From Bacteroidales bacterium (GTDB taxonomy: Bacteria > Bacteroidota > Bacteroidia > Bacteroidales > P3): a stretch of DNA of 64,000 nucleotides. A program made the translations under genes and the position numbers. The stretch lies in NCBI GenBank assembly GCA_031263015.1, contig JAISGN010000007.1:313-64312 (forward strand), given 5' to 3'. This document shows, in pieces, positions 1 through 6,771 of the stretch. Each line of letters begins with the position of its first letter. The stretch's first letter is position 1. The notes below the pieces were generated by a model. It made no database searches. It saw nothing but the letters and a program-made list of their open reading frames with translations, and was not told where the DNA came from.

Positions 1-803
1 GGTTTGCCGGTTTTCCCCTCCAGTTCAAGACGGGCATTGCGGGCAATCGTGCCGCCCTGAGCAGCTACATTGGCGTGTTCGCTGAAAGTTTCTGGGTTTT
101 GTGTTTCGGAAATCTGTTTAGTTGAAAGCTCGGCGAGCATATTAAGGACGAGTTCCGTATTGGTCATGTTGTCTCGCAAGTTTTCTTTTTTTAACCCTTT
201 GAATTGTTTATATTGCTTGGTGGTTTTGTCGCTCCAAGTTTTTGTGATAATATCCGTCAGCGTGGCAAATTGCTGACCTTCCTGCACTCCACGCCGTTTC
301 CATTCATCTGTTAAGTCTTTGCGAATCTCAATGCTTTTCAGGCGTTGATTAATCCAATTGTCCGAATAGCCGAGCCGTTTGTAATCCATCATTGCCTGCT
401 CTATGGAGAGTTCGGGGTCTTGCAGTTGGTCGAGCCGCTCGTTGGCAATCGCAGCCATCCATTGCTTAAACGGTTCGGCTTTTGGTGAAGGTATAGATTG
501 TATCAGGCGGAAAAGTTGCTCTGCCGTAGCAACATCGGTAAAACGCATTTTGCCGTCGGCAGCAAGCATTTTCAAACGGTTACAATTTGTAACCGTTTCG
601 TTCCCTTCCGTTTTTAAACGGTGTTTGAGAACTTTCCAATAGTTTCTTGCATTCTCGTGCGTGGGCTGGTCGGTTAATACTTTTACTACATCTACAATTG
701 CAAAGTACCATTCTTCACGTTCTTTATCCCACACAGTGCGGACTTTCTTCTCTTCAAAAAGTTTGATTTCGGATTTAGTACCTTTTACATTGATTTTTGC
801 CAT
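1..803 (-). CDS. Bro-N / DinD-like (DNA-damage-inducible protein D family) protein; 3' end cut by the window edge
   Basis: The minus-strand frame is open from ATG at 803 to position 1. It is missing from the ORF track because no stop lies in the window. The N-terminus MAKINVKGTKSEIKLFEEKKVRTVWDKEREEWYFAIVDVVKVL is Bro-N-like. The later segment LRDNMTNTELVLNMLAELST...GGTIARNARLELEGKTGK fits the DinD/Bro family pattern. Confidence 0.7.
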   Translation of the reverse strand, partial: MAKINVKGTKSEIKLFEEKKVRTVWDKEREEWYFAIVDVVKVLTDQPTHENARNYWKVLKHRLKTEGNETVTNCNRLKMLAADGKMRFTDVATAEQLFRLIQSIPSPKAEPFKQWMAAIANERLDQLQDPELSIEQAMMDYKRLGYSDNWINQRLKSIEIRKDLTDEWKRRGVQEGQQFATLTDIITKTWSDKTTKQYKQFKGLKKENLRDNMTNTELVLNMLAELSTKQISETQNPETFSEHANVAAQGGTIARNARLELEGKTGK

Positions 804-826
804 AACATATTTTATTTATAACATTG

Positions 827-834
827 CAAAGGTA
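827..834 (-). promoter_or_regulatory. Bacteroidota -7 box (TACCTTTG) for the Bro-N gene
   Basis: The reverse complement of caaaggta is TACCTTTG, which matches TAnnTTTG. It lies 24 nt upstream of the ATG at 803. Confidence 0.5.
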
Positions 835-1010
835 TTATTTATTTTATAACCCGAAGATAGTGATTTGTTGAAAAACAGCTGAATGTTTGGTTAAACATGG
901 TGGCGGCTTCACGCAGTATCGTTTTTGTGAGTGACAAAACTTGCAAGTTCGCAGTACCTTTCAGGCTGGCTATACCGCCACTTTTGGGTAGCTGCTGTTG
1001 GCAGTAGTTC

Positions 1011-1397
1011 TTATTTCTCTTCGTCTTTCTTTGGTGGTTCGTAGTTCCAAAAGTCTTCTCTATTTAATGCTCCTAATAGTTTTCCAAGTTTTCCAATTCC
1101 CAATTTTTCCAACGGTTCATTTCCTTCAAATCCACTAGCTTCAGGTCGGGCAATTAAGAAAAAACCACCATCTTTTAGAATGGCTGGTTTGTTTTGTAAT
1201 GATGCAGAAGCAAAATAATAGTCGTCACTCAGAACAACTATAACTTCGGACATTCCTCTCTTTCTATAAACTTTATAAATATAATACTCTTCATTGTCAA
1301 TTAGCTCGAACCAACCAACAGCAAAATGGTTCATTAAAGCTCTTTCAATAAAGGGTATGATAGAATAGTGTAAGTTTTTACCCATTTTTACTTTCAA
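1011..1397 (-). CDS. hypothetical 128-aa protein, partner of the membrane nucleotidyltransferase
   Basis: This is a complete ORF whose start overlaps the upstream gene's stop by 20 nt, which looks like an operon. No family was recognised. The sequence looks mixed alpha/beta with a charged tail (PPKKDEEK). Confidence 0.5.
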   Translation of the reverse strand: MKVKMGKNLHYSIIPFIERALMNHFAVGWFELIDNEEYYIYKVYRKRGMSEVIVVLSDDYYFASASLQNKPAILKDGGFFLIARPEASGFEGNEPLEKLGIGKLGKLLGALNREDFWNYEPPKKDEEK

Positions 1398-2346
1398 ATT
1401 TTAGTTGGTTAAAATCAACAAATTCTGAAAAGGCAGATTTGTTAGTTTCTTCAAATAATGTAGTATGAAGTGGTTGACGGAATTTAACTTTAAAGTCAAA
1501 CTTAATATTTTCAATTTTTTTGTTTGTCTCGTATAGGTCTGCTGCCTTGTCTAGTAAAATTGCAATGTCAAAATCGCTCGCTTTTTTAGGTGTCAAAATT
1601 GCTGAACCAAATGCAATCCAATGGGGTAAGTTCAAAGGTTTTAAATTATTTGAAAGCCATTTAAGTTTCCGTTTTAGTAACTTATCGTTCTTTGCCCTTT
1701 CAAAACAATGTGTCAAAATTATATCTGGAAATGTTTTAGGAAATTGAAATTCGGAGTAATCAAAATTCGGATTTTCAATGTGTTTTTGAAACGTATCAAT
1801 ATGTAAAACCATTCTTTTAAAATCGTTTTCATACTTTGATGGAATTATCGCATTATTATCTTTAATAAGGTTTTTAATAGCTTCATTATTTGGCTTTATA
1901 ACTTCTTTTTTTAACTCTTCCCACATTGTTAAGTCCGTTCTTAACTTTCCTGTATTATCACGCCCAGAATTAGGTCCTGTCATTTTGAATATGTATTCGT
2001 TGTCTTTTAAGATTGGTAGTATTTCTTGGCAAAGTTCTCCAAAGTCAGAAAATGATTTGTATTCAGCATGATTAAATGCTGGTTCGTTTGGCTTTTCATA
2101 TTTTAAATCCAAATATTTATGAATAGTGTTGTAGGTCAAGGCAAACAGAATAACAGTCAAGCCAATAGCCCAATCATATTCCCCAATTAATGAAAACTGA
2201 AATTTACTAAAAGCAATATTGAGAATGTCAACCCAAATGGGTTTAGAAAGCAGAGTCAGTCCGCCAAGTACAAGTATTCTTGTCAGAATGTTGTAGTATT
2301 TGGGTCTTAATAGTTTAAATATTTCTGCTAATGATTTGATGTTCAC
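1378..2346 (-). CDS. 2-TM membrane protein with a C-terminal minimal nucleotidyltransferase (Pol-beta fold, MNT-like) motif
   Basis: This is a 322-aa ORF. It has two N-terminal hydrophobic helices (ILTRILVLGGLTLLSKPIWVDIL and WAIGLTVILFALTY). The C-terminal WIAFGSAILTPKKASDFDIAILLD fits the hG[GS]x9-13Dh[DE]h signature. The middle ~130 aa are unassigned. Confidence 0.6.
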   Translation of the reverse strand: MNIKSLAEIFKLLRPKYYNILTRILVLGGLTLLSKPIWVDILNIAFSKFQFSLIGEYDWAIGLTVILFALTYNTIHKYLDLKYEKPNEPAFNHAEYKSFSDFGELCQEILPILKDNEYIFKMTGPNSGRDNTGKLRTDLTMWEELKKEVIKPNNEAIKNLIKDNNAIIPSKYENDFKRMVLHIDTFQKHIENPNFDYSEFQFPKTFPDIILTHCFERAKNDKLLKRKLKWLSNNLKPLNLPHWIAFGSAILTPKKASDFDIAILLDKAADLYETNKKIENIKFDFKVKFRQPLHTTLFEETNKSAFSEFVDFNQLKFESKNG

Positions 2347-2455
2347 TGTCGTTTTTTAGAATTACTGCTAACTCTTAAATATGCGAAATTAAAACTATTT
2401 TTTGTCGTCGCCATATTATTAATGTTGTTGATATGATTTATGATTAAAATTCGGT

Positions 2456-2581
2456 GAATAAAACTTTTTTTCTTGGGAAGAAAAGTTCTCGTCCGTGGAA
2501 GAAAAGTTCCCGTCCGTGGAAGAAAAGTTCTCGTCCGTGGAAGAAAAGTTCTCGTCTGTGGAAAAAATGCTCTTTTCGGAA
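2456..2581. repeat. 21-bp tandem array: 4 near-perfect units plus 2 degenerate flanking units
   Basis: The core units at 2477-2560 read gaagaaaagttctcgtccgtg / gaagaaaagttcccgtccgtg / gaagaaaagttctcgtccgtg / gaagaaaagttctcgtctgtg. The flanking units are gaataaaactttttttcttgg and gaaaaaatgctcttttcggaa. Confidence 0.9.
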
Positions 2582-2767
2582 GTATAAAACAGATAGTCGC
2601 AAGCCGCAACTCTGTATTTACAGAGTTTTAAATCATTGAGAACGAGGCTTTTACCCCCCCCACTGACAAAATGTCAGCAGCGATGATATGGTATCTTGCT
2701 CTTGTTAAATCCGTTTCTTTATACATAAAATTATTATAATTGTGCAATTTCTCTTATTAAGAGATTG

Positions 2768-2775
2768 CAAAGATA
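2768..2775 (-). promoter_or_regulatory. candidate -7 box (TATCTTTG) pointing toward the nucleotidyltransferase operon
   Basis: The reverse complement of caaagata is TATCTTTG. It lies ~420 nt upstream of the ATG at 2346, so the 21-bp array would fall in the leader. Confidence 0.3.
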
Positions 2776-2889
2776 ATTAAATTATTTAAATCACAAATAA
2801 AATTGCTAAATAATAAATAAAAAGATGCTTTTAATCGGTAATCTAATACAATTCAGCATTTGGGGGGTAAGAGAGATTGCGGGTCATTG

Positions 2890-2977
2890 TCGTCATTGCG
2901 GGCTTGACCCGCAATCCCCTTTTTTTATGGTGCAAAAAGGTATTATTGGGGATTGCGGGTCAAGCCCGCAATGACGA
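2890..2977. repeat. perfect 30-bp inverted repeat (cruciform-capable) built from CGCAATGAC-type palindromic units
   Basis: The left arm at 2890-2919 is tcgtcattgcgggcttgacccgcaatcccc. It is the exact reverse complement of the right arm at 2948-2977, with a 28-bp spacer. Each arm also contains the palindrome attgcggg-cttga-cccgcaat. Degenerate copies lie at ~2875-2889, 2978-2996 and 2597-2610. Confidence 0.9.
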
Positions 2978-3061
2978 GTAGCAAGCCGCAATGACGATGG
3001 GTAAGTAGCAAGTCGCCGACTTCTCGCTGATGAGCGACAAGGAATTGACAAAAGTAGTGTA

Positions 3062-3256
3062 TTATTTGGAAGAGTTTAGACGTTTATCGGAAGCATCATC
3101 GGAATCCCAGTCTTTACGATAAGTGATAATACCCCAAATGAAGCCTGCAAGATAGATAGGAGAAAGCAAAATGTAAATAAGAACTATTCCTATTTTACCG
3201 CTGCAAAGCCATTCAATAGCCCCAATTGCAAGAATAATTAAGATAATGCTCGTCAT
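3062..3256 (-). CDS. small hypothetical membrane protein (64 aa, 2 predicted TM helices)
   Basis: The ORF has two hydrophobic segments and a charged tail (RKDWDSDDASDKRLNSSK). No homology was recognised. Confidence 0.3.
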   Translation of the reverse strand: MTSIILIILAIGAIEWLCSGKIGIVLIYILLSPIYLAGFIWGIITYRKDWDSDDASDKRLNSSK

Positions 3257-3461
3257 TTATTATGATTTTGAGAGTACAAAGATAAACAAAATAGATAACC
3301 TTATCTTCACGGCTCCTGATGCAGTCCATCAATAAAATTATCTATTTTTATTTTGCAAAGTAGATACTTTGACAGACGAGATACTTCCTTCAAAAAGGAC
3401 ACTCTCAGAAAAACCAAAATATCTACTTTGATGTGGCAAAGATAATAAAAAAATTGAAATG

Positions 3462-3524
3462 CAAATTAAACAGCGTTTAAACAATAATGAAAGGCTGCTT
3501 AATTTGTTTAAGTCGCCTTTTTAT
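3462..3524. repeat. 21-bp-phased array (3 units) of the AAACAGCNTTT family
   Basis: The units are caaattaaacagcgtttaaac / aataatgaaaggctgcttaat / ttgtttaagtcgcctttttat. Confidence 0.6.
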
Positions 3525-3560
3525 TTTTCTGAAATTTGCTTGTATTTGAAAGAAATTATA

Positions 3561-3568
3561 TATCTTTG
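3561..3568 (+). promoter_or_regulatory. -7 box (TATCTTTG) upstream of the tandem hairpin RNA candidate
   Basis: This is an exact TAnnTTTG match, ~8 nt before the first hairpin arm. No ORF follows it. Confidence 0.45.
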
Positions 3569-3575
3569 CAGCCAG

Positions 3576-3710
3576 AAATAAGTTCTTAATGTGGGACTGC
3601 GAGGGTAGCAGTTGCAAGCCGTTAAAAACTTATTTTTTATATGAAATAAGTTCTTAGTAGAAGACCGATTAAGGGAATCGGCACCAATCGCTAAGAACTT
3701 ATTTCTTTTT
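3576..3710 (+). ncRNA. candidate small RNA: two tandem paralogous stem-loops, each ending in a U-run
   Basis: In hairpin 1, AAATAAGTT (3577-3585) pairs with AACTTATTT (3627-3635), followed by TTT. In hairpin 2, GAAATAAGTTCTTAG (3643-3657) pairs with CTAAGAACTTATTTC (3691-3705), followed by TTTTT. Each has an inner hairpin: ACTGC-gagggta-GCAGT and CCGATT-aaggg-AATCGG. Both inner loops contain AGGG. Confidence 0.35.
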
Positions 3711-3907
3711 TATATAGTTGCTTATATTCGGTGGCAATCCTTTACTTAACTTATCCAAATCACACATTCCATAAATACAGTAAAGCACTTTCCTTTGATG
3801 TCAAAGTTGTTTATTCATAGTAAATATTGCAGATATGTTATTTTGCAAATTCAAAATATATTCAAGTGTATTTGTAGCCATATTCTAAATTTTCTTATCT
3901 TTGCCCT

Positions 3908-4159
3908 ATGATTGGAACTATTATATCTGCACTTTTTATTATTTACTTCTCAATAAATATTTTGAGTTTTTGTGCAGGCGTTCTCAAAACACTTATTAAG
4001 ATTATAACTACTGTTATAATTGCTGTTGCATTTATTCCGGTAATGCCTTTTGTTGTTGCTTATAGATGTCGTAAAGAGAAACCAATCATATCAAAGTGGC
4101 TTTTTGTACTATGGAGTCTTTTTTATATATTGCTCGCCGCAATTATTATCTTTCCATAA
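3908..4159 (+). CDS. small hypothetical membrane protein (83 aa, ~3 TM helices)
   Basis: The ORF is hydrophobic. A TATCTTTG box at 3896-3903 ends only 5 nt before the ATG, so the ORF would have to be translated leaderless. That lowers confidence. Confidence 0.3.
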   Translation: MIGTIISALFIIYFSINILSFCAGVLKTLIKIITTVIIAVAFIPVMPFVVAYRCRKEKPIISKWLFVLWSLFYILLAAIIIFP

Positions 4160-4380
4160 CCTTTCATTGCTGCTGCTTTTCTTTCAAGCAATTCAAGTTC
4201 TTAAAGTCTCATTGCCTACTGAATATCCGACAAATCTTCCGTGTTTTGAATGTTCATATACTTACGCAACCGTGCGTTGGCTATTAGTAATCCGTCAGTT
4301 TGGATTTCAAAGATACAATTTTTTTGCAAACAATTCACAATTGCCTCCTGTGGGATAAGTAGTATGGTGAGGGGATAGGA

Positions 4381-4677
4381 TTATGCTTTTTTATAGCGTA
4401 TGACCCAACGGCTGTTCTCAAACTGATGCGCGCCATCTACCATATTTATCTTGCCATCTCTACCATCTCTTAACATTTGCCTGAAATTAAATCCCGGCTG
4501 AGGAGGAACTTGTTCTAATACACCTTTTGATAATAATATATCGGCGCATTCGTCTGCTGACATTTTTTCAATGCAATTTTCACGCATATAATCTTGCAAT
4601 ACATTAGAAACCTCTTGGACTTGGTCATTATTAAACTTACTGTCTTCCATATAATTTTCTGTTTTAAATTTATGCAA
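4381..4677 (-). CDS. hypothetical protein (98 aa)
   Basis: This is a complete ORF with non-repetitive, plausibly globular sequence (…PGFNFRQMLRDGRDGKINMVDGAHQFENSRWVIRYKKA). No family was recognised. Confidence 0.4.
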   Translation of the reverse strand: MHKFKTENYMEDSKFNNDQVQEVSNVLQDYMRENCIEKMSADECADILLSKGVLEQVPPQPGFNFRQMLRDGRDGKINMVDGAHQFENSRWVIRYKKA

Positions 4678-4819
4678 AGATACAAGAAATTATTAAATAC
4701 AATGATTTACTTCGTATTAAGAACAAAGCAATCAAAATATACCTGTCCAATGTTGCCGCTATATAGGTCGGCGAGACTGCCGTAGCCATTTGTCTTTCAA
4801 AGAACAAGGATGCAATTAA

Positions 4820-4910
4820 CCAAAGGCTGTTTTGTGCTGATGAAACAGCCTTTCATTTTTCTAAAACGGCGTTTCGTTAGCACGAAACAGCGTTTTAGTT
4901 TTGGCAAAGG
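4820..4910. repeat. 21-bp-phased array (about 4 units), AAACAGCCTTT family, directly downstream of ftsW
   Basis: AAAGGCTGTTT (4822-4832) and AAACAGCCTTT (4843-4853) form an 11-bp stem followed by cattttt. The following units are gcctttcatttttctaaaacg / gcgtttcgttagcacgaaaca / gcgttttagttttggcaaagg. Confidence 0.85.
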
Positions 4911-4937
4911 GGATAGTGTCGGCAGGAAACCCGTTTT

Positions 4938-6227
4938 CTAATCGGCAGTTGCTGGCTTTGTGTTCGTGGAGTCGGCAGTCTCCGTGTCATTATTATCGGA
5001 AACGGCATCCTTTTCCTTTTTGTCGTAAGTTGTAGATACATTCAGCACAACGCCTAATGCCATGCAGGCAAAAAGTATTGATGTGCCGCCTTTGGAAACA
5101 AAAGGTAAAGTTTGCCCTGTTACAGGTATCAAGCCGGTTGAAACTCCTATATGAATCAGAGCCTGAATGGTGAGAATCAAACCTATGGAGTAACACAGCA
5201 TACTGCCGAAGAAGCCCGCCGAGTGCCTTGCTATATAAAAACAACGATAAATGAGTATCATAAACAGCAATATCACAGAAATAGCCCCAAGCAATCCTGT
5301 TTCCTCTGTTATTACCATAAACACAAAGTCATTCTGTGCCTCTCTTTGGTTATGAGCCATAACGGAATTGCCTACTCCTAAGCCGATAATGCCTGCATTG
5401 CCTATTGCTAATTTTGCTTGATGCCGCTGTTGAGTTGGGTCGTCGGTTTTGGTAGCACTTGTCCGCGAGGCAGCAGTAGTGAATCTGCCGAAAGGAGGTA
5501 CTTTGTCAATGCCGGGAACGGTTTTTGCCAAAAGCATAATGCATATAAATAAGACGGCTGTTGCTGAAAAAACGATAGCAAGGTATCTCTTTGGTATGCC
5601 TGCAATGAATAACACAATGGTAGTTGTGGTGAATATGATGATAGCCGTTGATAGATTGCTCGCTCCTATTGCTACACACATAATACAAACGGGTATCATA
5701 ATTTTTTTGAAGGTTTCCCAGAGTTTTAGCTTGTCTTTGAATACTGTTGTCTTCCATGCCATCCACATAATAGTAATAAATTTTGCCATTTCGGCAGGTT
5801 GGAAGCTGAATCCTGCAGGTAAAGGAATCCATCGCCCCATCTTTAAGGATTTAAACATATTCGGGTCAGGGTATGCGTACTTATAATACATTCCGGTAGC
5901 AAATGCCCCGACAACAAGGATGAAAGATAGAATCATAAGAGCATTGAGGAAATGAGGAAGCAGACTGTATTTGAAATTTTGGAAGACATAAGCCACTACA
6001 ATCCCAAATGACAACATAATAATATGCTTAACGAAATATGCAGTGGGCGTTTGTGCATTTTTATCAAAATAAACTTCGCTCGCAACGGCACTGAATACTT
6101 CCACGGCAGAGATGATGGATAATAATATGAGGAGTATCCATATTGCTTTGTCTCCTCGGAGTTTTATGTTGGCTGGTTTGAATTTTGTAGCGAGCGAATG
6201 TTTCATAGCAAAGATGTTAGATGGCAT
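4938..6227 (-). CDS. ftsW: FtsW/RodA (SEDS) family cell-division protein
   Basis: This is a 429-aa polytopic membrane protein with SEDS-like motifs (…GLIPVTGQTLPFVSKGGTS…). It sits after murD' in the dcw cluster. An alternative start lies at 6206. Confidence 0.9.
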   Translation of the reverse strand: MPSNIFAMKHSLATKFKPANIKLRGDKAIWILLILLSIISAVEVFSAVASEVYFDKNAQTPTAYFVKHIIMLSFGIVVAYVFQNFKYSLLPHFLNALMILSFILVVGAFATGMYYKYAYPDPNMFKSLKMGRWIPLPAGFSFQPAEMAKFITIMWMAWKTTVFKDKLKLWETFKKIMIPVCIMCVAIGASNLSTAIIIFTTTTIVLFIAGIPKRYLAIVFSATAVLFICIMLLAKTVPGIDKVPPFGRFTTAASRTSATKTDDPTQQRHQAKLAIGNAGIIGLGVGNSVMAHNQREAQNDFVFMVITEETGLLGAISVILLFMILIYRCFYIARHSAGFFGSMLCYSIGLILTIQALIHIGVSTGLIPVTGQTLPFVSKGGTSILFACMALGVVLNVSTTYDKKEKDAVSDNNDTETADSTNTKPATAD

Positions 6228-6750
6228 TTATAGCAAGGAAATAATCTCTTGAGTTTTGCTTTGTTTCATTGTTATTACCGCAAGCGGGAGAGTAAAGCAC
6301 GGCTTCTCCTGCCGATGCGTAATTATATGCTATTTCAACGGCTTGGTATATGTTTTCAACACTGATTATTGTTTTTACAATGCCTTCAAACGGACGTATC
6401 AAGTCGGAATTTCCGATGTTTATAAGGATTCTGACTTTTTCTTTGGCTACCTGTTGCAATGAATAGAGCGATTGTTGCAACATATTGCCGCCTGCTATCC
6501 ATATAACGGACTGATTGATGCCTGTAAGTGAATACCACGTCATATTTGGTTTGGTTGATTGCGAGTCATCAAGGAAATTTACGCCTTTAATAGTGGCTAT
6601 TTCTTTGAAATGGTTAGTGTTTCTGTCGTTTCCAACGAAAATTTTTGATAGTGCTTGTTTGCGTGCATAAAATATCTCGTTAAAATTGTTCTTAACTTGA
6701 TTGTTTTGTAATGAAACCGCACCTGCCTGTTTGAAAATCTCTGTATTCAT
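6217..6750 (-). CDS. murD: MurD C-terminal-domain-only homolog (truncated, divergent UDP-N-acetylmuramoylalanine--D-glutamate ligase)
   Basis: The ORF is 177 aa, whereas full-length MurD is ~440 aa. HFKEIATIKGVNFLDDSQSTK aligns to the HRLE..GV.FINDSKATN region. AVLYSPACGNNNE aligns to the LLSPACASFD region. The N-terminal and central ATP-binding domains are absent, because mraY ends only 21 nt upstream. Confidence 0.6.
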   Translation of the reverse strand: MNTEIFKQAGAVSLQNNQVKNNFNEIFYARKQALSKIFVGNDRNTNHFKEIATIKGVNFLDDSQSTKPNMTWYSLTGINQSVIWIAGGNMLQQSLYSLQQVAKEKVRILINIGNSDLIRPFEGIVKTIISVENIYQAVEIAYNYASAGEAVLYSPACGNNNETKQNSRDYFLAINAI

Positions 6751-6771
6751 ATATATTTCTTTGTTTCTTTA

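Noticed and set aside
905-990. A GTGGCGG…CCGCCAC long-range stem enclosing the 12-bp palindrome AACTTGCAAGTT (938-949), between the 128-aa gene and the Bro-N promoter.
   Set aside because: It could be the operon terminator or an operator. However, the 7-bp stem encloses a ~70-nt poorly paired interior with no clean U-run on the minus strand. The support is not enough to annotate it.
1011-1397. The 128-aa partner could be a HEPN toxin, because of RALMNH (Rx4H).
   Set aside because: The motif sits at residues ~19-25 of a protein that otherwise looks beta-rich. HEPN domains are all-helical, with the Rx4-6H motif toward the C-terminal helix. I left it as hypothetical.
2456-2581. The tandem 21-bp repeats here and at the other arrays could be a CRISPR array.
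   Set aside because: Units are directly abutting with no unique spacers. The period is only 21 bp, no cas genes are in the window, and units occur in both orientations.
2343-2639. Track ORFs 2343..2609 (minus strand) and 2454..2639 (plus strand).
   Set aside because: Their sequences are just the translated tandem repeat (PRTRTFL and KKSSRPW iterations). The two overlap each other on opposite strands inside a non-coding array.
3356-3430. An 11-bp perfect inverted repeat, CAAAGTAGATA…TATCTACTTTG, flanking 53 bp, considered as a possible invertible switch.
   Set aside because: The segment is far shorter than known Bacteroides invertons, contains no promoter box, and has no recombinase nearby. 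It is more likely a simple hairpin.
4160-4380. Possible degraded HTH gene on the minus strand: a TATCTTTG-like box near 4312-4319, then MNIQNTEDLSDIQ* and fragments.
   Set aside because: Only very short interrupted frames remain, so I cannot establish homology by eye.
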